A stretch of 63,754 bases of DNA, the filler included, from Octopus bimaculoides (Eukaryota): the NCBI RefSeq assembly GCF_001194135.2. It is 5 parts of 5 records of this genome, joined end to end, with 100 filler letters (N's around TTAATTAATTAA, not from the genome) between each part and the next. Parts side by side here need not be neighbours in the genome. Positions count along the whole stretch, not along the records: positions 36,382 to 56,962 come from NC_068982.1; positions 57,063 to 61,161 come from NC_068987.1; positions 61,262 to 63,754 come from NC_068981.1; 2 more parts are not named here. One strand, written 5' to 3'. Each line of letters begins with the position of its first letter. Position 1 is the first letter of the stretch. This document shows positions 51,916-63,754 of this stretch, one piece after another. The notes beneath the pieces are model-generated. The model was not told the origin of the DNA. It worked only from the letters and a program-made list of their open reading frames with translations, and did not search any database. Both the position numbers and the translations under genes were made by a program.

Positions 51916-53587
51916 GAATTGAATAATTAGATTCATGGCGTATAGTGTCACATTAAATCTGTCTATCTATCTATCTTAAAAAAAAAAAAAAGAGAGAGAG
52001 AGCACTTCGCTCTCGTGTGTCTATTCCCTACTGAGGTTACCATGGTCTTTTCCGTAGGCTTTTCTCTCTATCGATAAACCTAATGTTACCCCATTTTACA
52101 CAATTGACATTTTCTGTGATATACNNNNNNNNNNNNNNNNNNNNNNNNNNNNNNNNNNNNNNNNNNNNNNNNNNNNNNNNNNNNNNNNNNNNNNNNNNNN
52201 NNNNNNNNNNNNNNNNNNNNNNNNNNNNNNNNNNNNNNNNNNNNNNNNNNNNNNNNNNNNNNNNNNNNNNNNNNNNNNNNNNNNNNNNNNNNNNNNNNNN
52301 NNNNNNNNNNNNNNNNNNNNNNNNNNNNNNNNNNNNNNNNNNNNNNNNNNNNNNNNNNNNNNNNNNNNNNNNNNNNNNNNNNNNNNNNNNNNNNNNNNNN
52401 NNNNNNNNNNNNNNNNNNNNNNNNNNNNNNNNNNNNNNNNNNNNNNNNNNNNNNNNNNNNNNNNNNNNNNNNNNNNNNNNNNNNNNNNNNNNNNNNNNNN
52501 NNNNNNNNNNNNNNNNNNNNNNNNNNNNNNNNNNNNNNNNNNNNNNNNNNNNNNNNNNNNNNNNNNNNNNNNNNNNNNNNNNNNNNNNNNNNNNNNNNNN
52601 NNNNNNNNNNNNNNNNNNNNNNNNNNNNNNNNNNNNNNNNNNNNNNNNNNNNNNNNNNNNNNNNNNNNNNNNNNNNNNNNNNNNNNNNNNNNNNNNNNNN
52701 NNNNNNNNNNNNNNNNNNNNNNNNNNNNNNNNNNNNNNNNNNNNNNNNNNNNNNNNNNNNNNNNNNNNNNNNNNNNNNNNNNNNNNNNNNNNNNNNNNNN
52801 NNNNNNNNNNNNNNNNNNNNNNNNNNNNNNNNNNNNNNNNNNNNNNNNNNNNNNNNNNNNNNNNNNNNNNNNNNNNNNNNCTCTCACAAAAGCAGGCTGA
52901 ATGCTCAGTCAGCCATGGCACTTCGTAAATCTCTTTGTCGTAAATCTTAAATCTGTTAGCCGCGGCTAATAGTTCATTCTGTCACGCTGATTCTGCCGAA
53001 AGATTACGTTAAGGTTACAAATATATACAGGAGGCTCAACCACATATTCTATAATACAAAACTTAGTCCTATTGTTCGAAGCAACTAGAATTCCCAGCAA
53101 GGAAAGCGACGAAAAATAGATCCTTTCGCGTTGTACATTTATTCTCGAGCAAATCAACTCGTTATTGAAGTATTCCAGAACTATTCGCCAATTTCAAATC
53201 AGTTTGTTGTTCCACACTACATTCAACAGAAGCCAGTTCTTTCTTATATTGCAATTACGGGATCCGATGCTTGCTTCGTGAAAGAACTTGATTTTAGTTG
53301 CTGGTCCTTTCTACTGCACGTTACTAGTATTTCATAAATTGATAGATATCTGTTTAATTTGCTTGTCAAATTTGTTTGGCGTTGTTTTGTTTGTCGTACT
53401 TGGCTCAAGGCCACCGTTTTGTTAGGAAAGTCGATATAGCCACTTACGTACTCACACAAACACACACACTCACAAACACACGCACGCACACACAAACACA
53501 CAGACAAGAGAGAGAGAGAGAGAGAGAGANNNNNNNNNNNNNNNNNNNNNNNNNNNNNNNNNNNNNNNNNNNNNNNNNNNNNNNNNN

Positions 53588-53623
<36 letters not shown>

Positions 53624-53771
53624 ATTCTCTCCTATTTTCATTTTTCCATATAATGCATACTCTATATGTAGGTGTGCGTGCATGTGTATGTGTGAATGTG
53701 TACGCATGTGTGTTTGAGCGTGTGTGTGTGCACGCGTATGTATATGGAAGGATAGAGATTGAAACAAAGAA

Positions 53772-53802
<31 letters not shown>

Positions 53803-54044
53803 CAGACAGACAGAAAGAAAGACTGATTGAGAAATACATAGATTTTCATGGTGTGATCATAATAATCCGCAATATGAAAGAATTGAACGTTAGAGATGAG
53901 ATACTTGGTGCTTATTGTTTTCTTACAGAATTGCCAGATGCTACAACTCTCGTCTTCACCGAGAAGACGACAGTCGTAACATTTTGCCACGTAGTAAGAA
54001 GATAATAAGCATCTAGTGTACACATACGCATAGTCATATATACA

Positions 54045-54121
<77 letters not shown>

Positions 54122-56891
54122 GTCTATATATAATAATATAAATAATATATAAATATATGCATATATCCATACATATATGTACATACCTACATCTATATGT
54201 ATACATACATGCATATATGGGTACAGGACATCACAAAAAAAAANNNNNNNNNNNNNNNNNNNNNNNNNNNNNNNNNNNNNNNNNNNNNNNNNNNNNNNNN
54301 NNNNNNNNNNNNNNNNNNNNNNNNNNNNNNNNNNNNNNNNNNNNNNNNNNNNNNNNNNNNNNNNNNNNNNNNNNNNNNNNNNNNNNNNNGAAAGTGTTAA
54401 CAAGAACAGGACGGTGAGTATAAGACAGTAAAAAGAAGACAGTGAAAATAAACAATAAGGGCTGTTAGGCCAAGACGATAGAAAAATTATTATTTTTTTG
54501 AACGCTATTAGACGTGAATGAAAGAAGAAACAAGCGACAGAAAAATCACGTCTTCTTTATAGGAAGCCAGCGGGGAGACTCATTCTCTTTTAGTGCCTTA
54601 TCACTTAACACACTCACCGATAAAATTTCCACTCATTTACTTATTTATTTTTCTAAAAATTTCGTTGCGTCTTACAATCTTTTCAATAGTTGTTGACTCT
54701 GTCCGTTATTCAAGCTGCATTCTTTCTGTTTGCTTGTGCGCATGTGTGTGGGTTAGTGTGTGTGCGCATAAACATGTATGTATGTATGTATGTATGTATG
54801 TATGCATGCATGTAAATATGTGTTTCCATGTATATATGTGTGTGTGCGTATGTATATATGTATGTATGTGTGTACGTTTGCATGTATGTATTCTGCATAT
54901 TCATGTGTTTGTGTGTTCGTGTTTGTGTGTTTTTATCTGTGTGTGTTTGTTTGCATGTGTGTGCGTGTGTACGTATGTCTCCTTGTGTGTGTATGGGTTT
55001 TTGTGNNNNNNNNNNNNNNNNNNNNNNNNNNNNNNNNNNNNNNNNNNNNNNNNNNNNNNNNNNNNNNNNNNNNNNNNNNNNNNNNNNNNNNNNNNNNNNN
55101 NNNNNNNNNNNNNNNNNNNNNNNNNNNNNNNNNNNNNNNNNNNNNNNNNNNNNNNNNNNNNNNNNNNNNNNNNNNNNNNNNNNNNNNNNNNNNNNNNNNN
55201 NNNNNNNNNNNNNNNNNNNNNNNNNNNNNNNNNNNNNNNNNNNNNNNNNNNNNNNNNNNNNNNNNNNNNNNNNNNNNNNNNNNNNNNNNNNNNNNNNNNN
55301 NNNNNNNNNNNNNNNNNNNNNNNNNNNNNNNNNNNNNNNNNNNNNNNNNNNNNNNNNNNNNNNNNNNNNNNNNNNNNNNNNNNNNNNNNNNNNNNNNNNN
55401 NNNNNNNNNNNNNNNNNNNNNNNNNNNNNNNNNNNNNNNNNNNNNNNNNNNNNNNNNNNNNNNNNNNNNNNNNNNNNNNNNNNNNNNNNNNNNNNNNNNN
55501 NNNNNNNNNNNNNNNNNNNNNNNNNNNNNNNNNNNNNNNNNNNNNNNNNNNNNNNNNNNNNNNNNNNNNNNNNNNNNNNNNNNNNNNNNNNNNNNNNNNN
55601 NNNNNNNNNNNNNNNNNNNNNNNNNNNNNNNNNNNNNNNNNNNNNNNNNNNNNNNNNNNNNNNNNNNNNNNNNNNNNNNNNNNNNNNNNNNNNNNNNNNN
55701 NNNNNNNNNNNNNNNNNNNNNNNNNNNNNNNNNNNNNNNNNNNNNNNNNNNNNNNNNNNNNNNNNNNNNNNNNNNNNNNNNNNNNNNNNNNNNNNNNNNN
55801 NNNNNNNNNNNNNNNNNNNAAGAAGTCGGAAGACTGTACTTCCAGCCAGGTCCTTCGCGATACTGTTAAAGTCAGGAACTTTTCAGCACCACTTCATTTG
55901 CATACATACATACATACATACATACATACATACATACATACATGCATGCATACATACATGCATACATACATACATATATGCATACATACATACATGCATA
56001 CATGCATGCATACATACATGCATGCATACATACACGCATGCATACATACATACATACATACATATATGCATATCGGCATGCATACATATATACAAGCATA
56101 CATACATACATAAATACATACATACATACATAATGAGAATAAGAATTAATATTATTAATTGATATTAATATAAACCAGTAGCTAGCATACTTAAACAGTG
56201 TCATGTAATAAAAAAATATATATATATATTTATATATATATACTTTTATTCTTTTATACGTTTTAGCCCTAAGGCTTTGACCATGCTGGGGCACTGCCTG
56301 TGTAATCACCCTTTCAATTATCAATCTTAAGTGATTGGCATTTGGTGAACGAAGTACCTACTACTGAAATATACTTGCAAACAGCTAAGTATTCTACAGA
56401 AAAGTTAAAAGATATGACAATTCCGTGATTGCGACAGCATAGCAATATGTAGGAGTACTGGTCAGGGTTCGTCTGGTCGCTATGTAAATAGCCTGACTCA
56501 AGATGCTAAAGAGTGGGGCCGAAAGGGAAAATGAATGATTGCAAGCCAACTTAGTAACCAAACACGCTATATCTGAGTTCATAATACACACACAGACACA
56601 CACACGCGCAAACGGACTTAGACACTCACACGCATACACAGAAGCAAACGGACTCAGGCACGCATACAATTATGATGATAGTGAGGTTAATCAAGTGATT
56701 AAGAAGATAATTTAAATGTCGATTTAATATTAACTCAAGTGTTTCATACAGATATTTGTGCAGTACTTTTGTAATATTATTGCGTCTTCTGAAGATGAGG
56801 TGAATAACACTTCAAACACCTGGTCATACTGTAAGTATGACCAGAAGAAAATAAACACGAGCGCACACATACATACAGGCAAAAACATCTG

Positions 56892-56962
<71 letters not shown>

Positions 56963-57062
56963 NNNNNNNNNNNNNNNNNNNNNNNNNNNNNNNNNNNNNN
57001 NNNNNNTTAATTAATTAANNNNNNNNNNNNNNNNNNNNNNNNNNNNNNNNNNNNNNNNNNNN
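56963..57062. other. Scaffolding linker N44-TTAATTAATTAA-N44
   Basis: 12-mer at 57007-57018. Confidence 0.92.
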
Positions 57063-57141
57063 ATATATATACACACACATGTATATATATATGTATATAT
57101 ATGCATACACACTACTCACAGATACACACATACTCTCTCTT

Positions 57142-57182
<41 letters not shown>

Positions 57183-57919
57183 GTTCATGTATTTCTGTAT
57201 GCGTTTGTGTGTGTGTGTGTGTGTATGCACATACGTGTGCCTGGACGTATGTATGCGTGCATGTGCTTGGATGCATGAGTTTGTGCAGATGTGGGTGCTT
57301 AACAATATATAAATAGTTAGAATAACAAAATTGATGGATGAATTGATGTAGTAATTCATTTATCTATCTATCTATCTATTTATTTATTTATTTATTTATT
57401 GATTATTTGATTGGTTGTTTGACTCATTGATTAATCAATACCATGTGATGTTGGTTTGATAACATATCAGATCTCCCAGTTCTTGGGTTGACAGAGATAC
57501 ATATTCACATTCAGATATACTTTCATTTATTGAAACAATATCTGGATATCGATAGAATGGTATTGTGTTGATATTTTAGCCCAAGGTCATCTCTCAATGA
57601 GCATTCCTATGATCAACCATGTTTCAACCATGACCAGTCAACTCTTTGGATATCAGAGACGAAATTGTCCAATATTAAATTTGCCTTTTTTTTTTGTTGT
57701 TGTTGTTGTTGTTGTTTAGTATATAGCCCCAGGTCATCTCTGAGTGTACTCAACTATGATGTACCTTTGACCATCCTGGGTGTTTAGATTTAATTGAGCC
57801 AACGAACGACTATATTTTCTCATGTGTTCCCCGATTTTATAAAAGTTCAGGGTGTAGATTGAGGAGTCTCTTCTGGCTCCCTCTTGGTTCATTAATGGGA
57901 TTTTAAATTTTAGGCACAG

Positions 57920-58065
57920 CAATGTGGTTAAGAAGGCTGGTTTGCAATGATGTGGATTTCAGGTTCAATTCCATTCCATGGCCAAATTTCTTCTACAACA
58001 GTCCTAGACTGAGCAACGCATTGTGGTGACTGAATTGGGTTGACAGAAAACTTGAGACAACCTGT
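57920..58065 (+). mobile_element. Degenerate SINE family A head
   Basis: TGTGGTTAAGAAG..TTTGCAA..ATGTGG..CAGGTTCAATTCC..; GACAGAAAACT..AACC is colinear with the family A 5' half. Confidence 0.5.
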
Positions 58066-58111
58066 CATATATATATATGTGTATATATACATATATATAT
58101 GTATATATGCA

Positions 58112-58282
58112 TACTCTTTTTACTTGTTTCAGTCATTTGACTGCGGCCATGCTGGAGTACCACCTTTAGTCGAGCAAATCGCCCCCAGGAATTATTCTTT
58201 GTAAGCCTAGTACTTATTCTATCGGTTGTCAAGCGATGGTGGGGGTGACAAACACAGACATGCAAACATACACACACACACA
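58112..58282 (-). mobile_element. SINE family A 3' half with internal deletion
   Basis: TTTCAGTCATTTGACTGCGGCCATGCTGGAG..TTAGTCGAGCAAATCG..GTAAGCCTAGTACTTATTCTATCGG. Confidence 0.85.
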
Positions 58283-58672
58283 NNNNNNNNNNNNNNNNNN
58301 NNNNNNNNNNNNNNNNNNNNNNNNNNNNNNNNNNNNNNNNNNNNNNNNNNNNNNNNNNNNNNNNNNNNNNNNNNNNNNNNNNNNNNNNNNNNNNNNNNNN
58401 NNNNNNNNNNNNNNNNNNNNNNNNNNNNNNNNNNNNNNNNNNNNNNNNNNNNNNNNNNNNNNNNNNNNNNNNNNNNNNNNNNNNNNNNNNNNNNNNNNNN
58501 NNNNNNNNNNNNNNNNNNNNNNNNNNNNNNNNNNNNNNNNNNNNNNNNNNNNNNNNNNNNNNNNNNNNNNNNNNNNNNNNNNNNNNNNNNNNNNNNNNNN
58601 NNNNNNNNNNNNNNNNNNNNNNNNNNNNNNNNNNNNNNNNNNNNNNNNNNNNNNNNNNNNNNNNNNNNNNNN

Positions 58673-58890
58673 AGCTTGCTTACCAACCACATGGTCCCAG
58701 GTTCAGTCCTAATGTGTGGCACCTTGGGCAAGTATCTTCTGCTATAGCTTCGGGCCGACCAAAGCCTTGTGAGTGGATTTGGTAGACAGAAACTGAAAGA
58801 AGCCCGTTGTATATATGTATATATATATGTATATATATATATATGTCTGTGTGTGTGTGTGTGTGTGTGTTTGATCCCCCCACCACCATC
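58673..58890 (+). mobile_element. SINE family A 5' half, interrupted
   Basis: AGCTTGCTTACCAACCACATGG..CACCTTGGGCAAG..CAAAGCCTTGTGAGTGGATTTGGTAGAC. Confidence 0.88.
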
Positions 58891-58891
58891 G

Positions 58892-58978
58892 AAGGTATAT
58901 CAGCCGAAACGTTGTGTTGACAATAAACAAGATGAGGACAAATATCTGTCAAATGTAAATAATGTAAATAATGTACAA
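58892..58978 (+). mobile_element. Right arm of the 7031-7195 hairpin element
   Basis: GGTATATCAGCCGAAACGTTG..CAAGATGAGGACAAATATC..TGTAAATAATGTAAATAATGTAC. Confidence 0.82.
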
Positions 58979-59214
58979 AGTTTGTCAATTGTTTGGTGAT
59001 GGTCCTCCAAGATCAAAATGCCCATCACCATCATGAAATCAGCGTCCAACATTTTCAGTCTTCCATGAGAATCTGTGTGAACACGAGGAAGGATTTACTT
59101 CAGCTTTGGAAATGAGTGAGTGTTGGCAATGGGGAGGGAATTTCGACTGCAGGAAACCTGCCTCAACAAATTCTCTCTGACCCATGCAAGCATGGAAAAG
59201 TGCATGTTAAAACA

Positions 59215-59243
59215 ACGATAACGACAACGACGACGACGACGAA

Positions 59244-59301
<58 letters not shown>

Positions 59302-59362
59302 GTGGTGGTGATGATGATGATGATGGTGGTGGTGATGATGATGATGATGATGATGATGATAT
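59215..59362. repeat. Compound (GAC)/(GAT)/(GGT) microsatellite, probably a retroposon tail
   Basis: Visible; preceded by CATGCAAGCATGGAAAAGTGCATGTTAAA. Confidence 0.9.
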
Positions 59363-59495
59363 ATGTATGCATAGTATATCTTCTTGCATGAGCATATAAT
59401 TTGTATTCACAGAAAGTCCTCTGGAGGATATTTATATGTACACACACACACATGTCCATACATATATGTACATATACCTACACACGCACACACAC

Positions 59496-59566
<71 letters not shown>

Positions 59567-59974
59567 CGCATATATATATATATATGTATGTATGTGGTTA
59601 TTTGCAGTTATTTTTGTAGCATGATTTCATACTAATATATAGTAATTCAGGTACAGTAGCCTTCAGTGGGTCTTTGTTGCTATTGCTTTGTTTGTTTCTC
59701 CAAATAAAGAGAGTAAATATCTCATACTGTGTCTGAAAATCGAAATTAGTTCTCTCCTTCTGTTTATAATTGAAGTGGCATGGTGTATTAAACAAGATTT
59801 CGTATGTGTGTATGTGTATCTGTTCATGTATGTTTATGCTTGTCTTTGTGTGTATGTGTGTATGTATGTTAATTTTTACAAGGAAAAGGTTGGCTATAGC
59901 TTCAAAGTTTCAGTTTGCTTGCTGTTATCATATTGCCATTTACTTTGAGCATATTTGGATGTGATTTACTTTCG

Positions 59975-60345
59975 TTGTTTTCAACAGGGTGTCCCTTTGC
60001 CATTTGGAGTAATGCGAGTGACTAGGTATGGAGTAGGTAGACAGGAGAAGCTGTTGTGTAGAAAGGGGAGCATCAGCAAAGGATAAAAAGTGAATATGTA
60101 CATGTTGGGTGTGTATTTAAAGGTATGATGGACACAGTTACTCTGGTTTGATAGCGAAATTTTGTTATTGTTTAAGGTTCAGCTGAGTGTGTAAGTAAAG
60201 TTGTGAACAGATGTTATATTCAAGTCAGAACTTATGTCAGTTGAATGCTTTGTGACTAGCAAACATTCTTTGTATTTAAGGTTGGTATTTGCTGTTTTAG
60301 GGTTGCTGAAGGTGAGGTTGGTGTTAATAGCTTTTAGAAAAATTT
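59975..60345 (-). mobile_element. Old LINE (CR1/L2-like) 3' remnant
   Basis: Strong strand skew. Minus frame LKYKECLLVTKHSTDISSDLNIT..SLSNQSNCVHHTFK loosely fits the CR1 C-terminus, and the segment is homologous to 60570-60785. Confidence 0.45.
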
Positions 60346-60569
60346 TAAACTGGGTATTTTACAAATGTTTCTAATTGAGAAGATTATAGTAATATAAAAT
60401 ATTTATTTGTGGTATTCTAATTTGTTTTTAGCCTAGCTGTCTATGATTGTATAAATGTAGGCAAATGCAAGCATGTAGCTTCATATTTTCACCTATGCAT
60501 CTAGATAAATGCATAAGGATGATTCATGCTTTTTATAGATATATATTATAGATGCATAACAAAATACTA

Positions 60570-60785
60570 CTATCAAACCAGAATAACTCTCTCCCACATA
60601 CCTTTCTCTTAAACCACACCATACAACCACAGATTTTCTTCCTATATTTCTTTATTGTCCCCTCACCGAACACACATTTTCTAACCAACCAATTCCTCTG
60701 TCTTCCTTTACCATATCTAAATTCTCACTTACATTACTCTAATCAGCAATGGAACAACCTGCCAAAAACTGTATAAAACCAGAAA
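60570..60785 (+). mobile_element. Old LINE (CR1/L2-like) 3' remnant, inverted relative to 59975-60345
   Basis: Shares CTATCAAACCAGA.TAACT..CATACCTTT..CATTACTC with the reverse complement of 59975-60154; ends in QWNNLPKTV (WN.LP motif). Confidence 0.5.
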
Positions 60786-61161
60786 GAACTAAAGGAAATG
60801 GGAGTCTAATAACAACAAGCAAGACAAACATTTAAAGACAGAGTCCACCTTTTGTTTGTAAAACTTAAAAAATATGTATTTTATTAAAATATATTGTTCA
60901 CTCTTTCAGTTTAATGTTAAGCTGTTCTCATCTATAACTTTGTATGAAGATAAACATTATTTCTATGCATATATATGTGCGTGTGTGTGTGTGTGTATGT
61001 GTGTGTGTGTGTGAGTGTGTGTATCTGTCTACCTATCTATCTATTTGTCTCTGTCTGTCTTGTTCCCTCCAAACATATACATATATATACACGCATATAT
61101 ATTACATATATATATAAACATATATATATACATATGTATGTATATATATGTGTGTATATAT

Positions 61162-61261
61162 NNNNNNNNNNNNNNNNNNNNNNNNNNNNNNNNNNNNNNN
61201 NNNNNTTAATTAATTAANNNNNNNNNNNNNNNNNNNNNNNNNNNNNNNNNNNNNNNNNNNN
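61162..61261. other. Scaffolding linker N44-TTAATTAATTAA-N44
   Basis: 12-mer at 61206-61217. Confidence 0.92.
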
Positions 61262-61282
61262 ATATATATATATATATATATA

Positions 61283-61440
61283 TACGATGGGCTTCTTTCA
61301 GTTTCCGTCTACCAAATCCACTCACGAGGCTTTGGTCAGCCCGATGCTATAGTAGAAGACACTTGCCCAAGGTGCCACGCAGTGGGACTGAACCCGGAAC
61401 CATGTGGCTGGTAAGCAAGCTACTTACCACACAGCCGCTC
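61283..61440 (-). mobile_element. SINE family A 5' half
   Basis: Near-identical to 19617-19778. Confidence 0.9.
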
Positions 61441-62004
61441 CATGCACACATAAAAAAAAATAGTTAAAATATTTTCTTAGTATATAATGGTGGCAAGTTT
61501 TACATCATCAGAAAAAGTCATTAGTTGAACTATTAGTCCTCTTGCATTCTGGGGGGTATCGGAGCGTTTGAGTGACATTAGACCCCAACAAACACCCATA
61601 AATTAAATGCATCTATCTGGGCCACGATCGTGGTCCGTTGCAGTTTATGTGTTAAACAGCTATAAATTAAATTCTAAATTACATTAAAGGGTTCGCGAAA
61701 CACCAGCTTGCTGAAGCGTGGAAGTAAAAACTCCTAATTTAACCACCAATCACTCTGAAAATATGTAACGAGCCAACAGAAATGGGGCCAACAAGTGAAA
61801 TTTGAACTCATAATCTCAGCTAAAAAGCTGTAGAATAAGAATGTAGCAGATATACCTGGATCATAGTTTCGAATTCTGGCTAGCGACTCAACTCCCGTCA
61901 GCAGGCCTTGCTGTACCTAAAATGAAAAAAATCTATCTGGTCTCGTAATCCGCTGGTCCTTCGTATACCCTTTAATATAATTTAGAATTTAATATATATA
62001 TATA

Positions 62005-62105
62005 TTCTTTTAACTGTTTGAGTCATTTGACTGCGGCCAAGCTGGAACACCACCTTTAGTCGAGCAAATCTACCCCAGGACTTATTCTTTGTAAGTCTAG
62101 TACGA
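62005..62105 (-). mobile_element. SINE family A 3' tail fragment
   Basis: GAGTCATTTGACTGCGGCCAAGCTGGAACACCACCTTTAGTCGAGCAAATC..CTTATTCTTTGTAAG. Confidence 0.82.
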
Positions 62106-62119
62106 ATCAAGTTATTTTG

Positions 62120-62335
62120 AAGGCGGCGAACTGCCAGAGTCGTTAGCACGCTGGGCGAAATGCTTAGCAGTATTTCGTCTGTCTTTACGTTCTGAGTTCA
62201 AATTCCGCCGAGGTCGACTTTGCCTTTCATCCTTTTGAGGTCGTTAAATTAGTACTTGTTGCGTACTGGGTCGATCTAATCGACTGGCCCCCTCCCCCAA
62301 AAATTCGGGTCTTGTGCCTAGAGTAGAAAATAATA
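62120..62335 (+). mobile_element. SINE family B, full length
   Basis: AAGGCGGCGAACTGCCAGAGTCGTTAGCACGCTGGGCGAAATGCTTAGC..GAGTTCAAATTCCGCCGAGGTCGACTTTGCCTTTCATCC..GTGCCTAGAGTAGAAAA. Confidence 0.9.
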
Positions 62336-62603
62336 AGTTGATTGTGATTCAAATTCTGCTTGAAGAAGTGAATGCGCACTAACTATGTTGCACAAATTAA
62401 ATAATTTTGTAGGCAATGGTAAATAATCAGCATTCGTATGTAACATTAATCTGACTTTTCTTATCCACAGTTAGAAGTATTGTTATTGACTCTGAGAGAA
62501 TTAGGCTATACATGCCTTGCATTGGCGAATTACCCCTGTTATAATTCACCGAAGTACGACAAATCCATCTTTGGTTAATTAAAACTTGTAATTTTTACGC
62601 TGT

Positions 62604-62872
62604 GGAGGTACATGGCCTAGTGGTTGGAGTAGCGGGACCGTGGGTTTGAGTCTCAGACCGGGCGATGTGTGTTTGTTTATGAGCAAAATACCTAAGTTTC
62701 ACGCGGCTCCGGCAGAAGGTAATGGCGAACTTCTGCCGACTCTTTCTTTCACTTTTTCCTCCTGCATCTAGCAGCTTACTGGCGTCCCATCCAGGTGGGG
62801 AACCTATACACCAATGAAACCGGGAAACCGGACCTTATGAGCCAGGCATGGGTCGAGAAGGAGCAATAATCT
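62604..62872 (+). mobile_element. SINE family C (head type 1 + tail X), diverged
   Basis: GGAGGTACATGGCCTAGTGG..CAGACCGGGCGATG..CTGGCGTCCCATCCAGGTGGGG..GAAACCGGGAAACCGG matches 1070-1372. Confidence 0.8.
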
Positions 62873-63754
62873 TTACGCTGCTGTTCGAACACTATGCTAG
62901 CCAGGTTTCTTCAGGAAGGGCTACTGAGGCAATTGTCGCCTAGATTTTACTTAACTCACATTTTTTATTATTAGTACCAGTTGAAAACGGGAGTCGATTT
63001 AATCGACTCATCCTCTTCCCCAAAATTGCTTCTCTTGTGGCAAAATTTGAAACTATTATTATTATCCTCTTTCAATTTTGCTTCTATTTCTTGCCGAGTG
63101 TCTTCCTGACGCCTAGGGCGAAGAAACTCACTGTATACATTAGTAGGCCATTAAAATAAAGACACCAGATTATTATTATTATTATTATCGTTGTTATTGT
63201 TGAGTCAGAGAGCAGCGCTTGCTATCAAAGTGACGCTTCGTGACTACCTGTCTGATAAAGGTACACCAGGCACATGCATCACAACCATGGTGATCTCATA
63301 TCAAAATAAACAGCGCATGGCCTTGCAGGTGGGACCCAGTTAGAATTTTCTTCAGATCGGGTAGCCCATCCCGCTCAAAAGGTCCCTGAACAAGGGTCGA
63401 TTGAGGATTCTAAAAGAAATACCCATGTTTCCAGGGATTAATTATTCAAACCCCAAGAAACCCCTATGGCTATGATGCTCCCCCACTACTTCTGCTCGTG
63501 ATCAGAGATGCTCATATTGTCAGTCAACAAGGGACATGCTCAACTGGTTAACGTCAAACAACTGACAAGCAAATCTGTGGTATTGAGCAGAATATTTGCT
63601 GCAGTCCATCTTTTATACCAAGACAAAACAATGTATATCATAACACTTCCAATCAGTTAAGATCAAAAGCCATGAGAGCCACTGCCTGGTACTGCATCCG
63701 GGCAATGAGAAGCCATCATGCGTGTGTGCATATATATGTATATATAATATATAT

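Noticed and set aside
52966-53337. Near-open frames on both strands (about 115 codons with one stop on the minus strand)
   Set aside because: No identifiable motif; cannot be called a gene or TE without a database search.
63640-63705. U2 snRNA-like words (TAAGATCAA, GCAGTACC)
   Set aside because: The two words are on opposite strands and short; there is no branch-point recognition sequence or Sm site. The 63200-63715 block is more likely an unclassified interspersed repeat, which a single copy here cannot prove.

Overview
AT-rich, microsatellite-saturated animal genomic DNA with many assembly gaps. It is most likely a coleoid cephalopod (Octopus-like), inferred from the SINE families and repeat landscape, not from a database match. 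The only protein-coding gene I can confidently identify is an F-box/LRR gene resembling FBXL6 (minus strand, 28030-29406), whose ORF has no introns. Its best start codon (29459) is one base out of frame across an A-homopolymer. The rest is mostly decayed mobile DNA: three tRNA-derived SINE families in many copies, non-LTR retrotransposon fragments (R4/Dong, Tx1/L1, CR1, RTE), Tc1/mariner relics and hairpin/MITE-like elements. A few isolated exon-like segments are weakly supported. Four N44-TTAATTAATTAA-N44 blocks are scaffolding linkers. Almost all ORFs in the supplied track are microsatellite or gap artefacts. I found no CRISPR array, rRNA or true tRNA gene. I also found no clearly new multi-gene system; the most notable signals are the FBXL6 start region and several element-to-element relationships.
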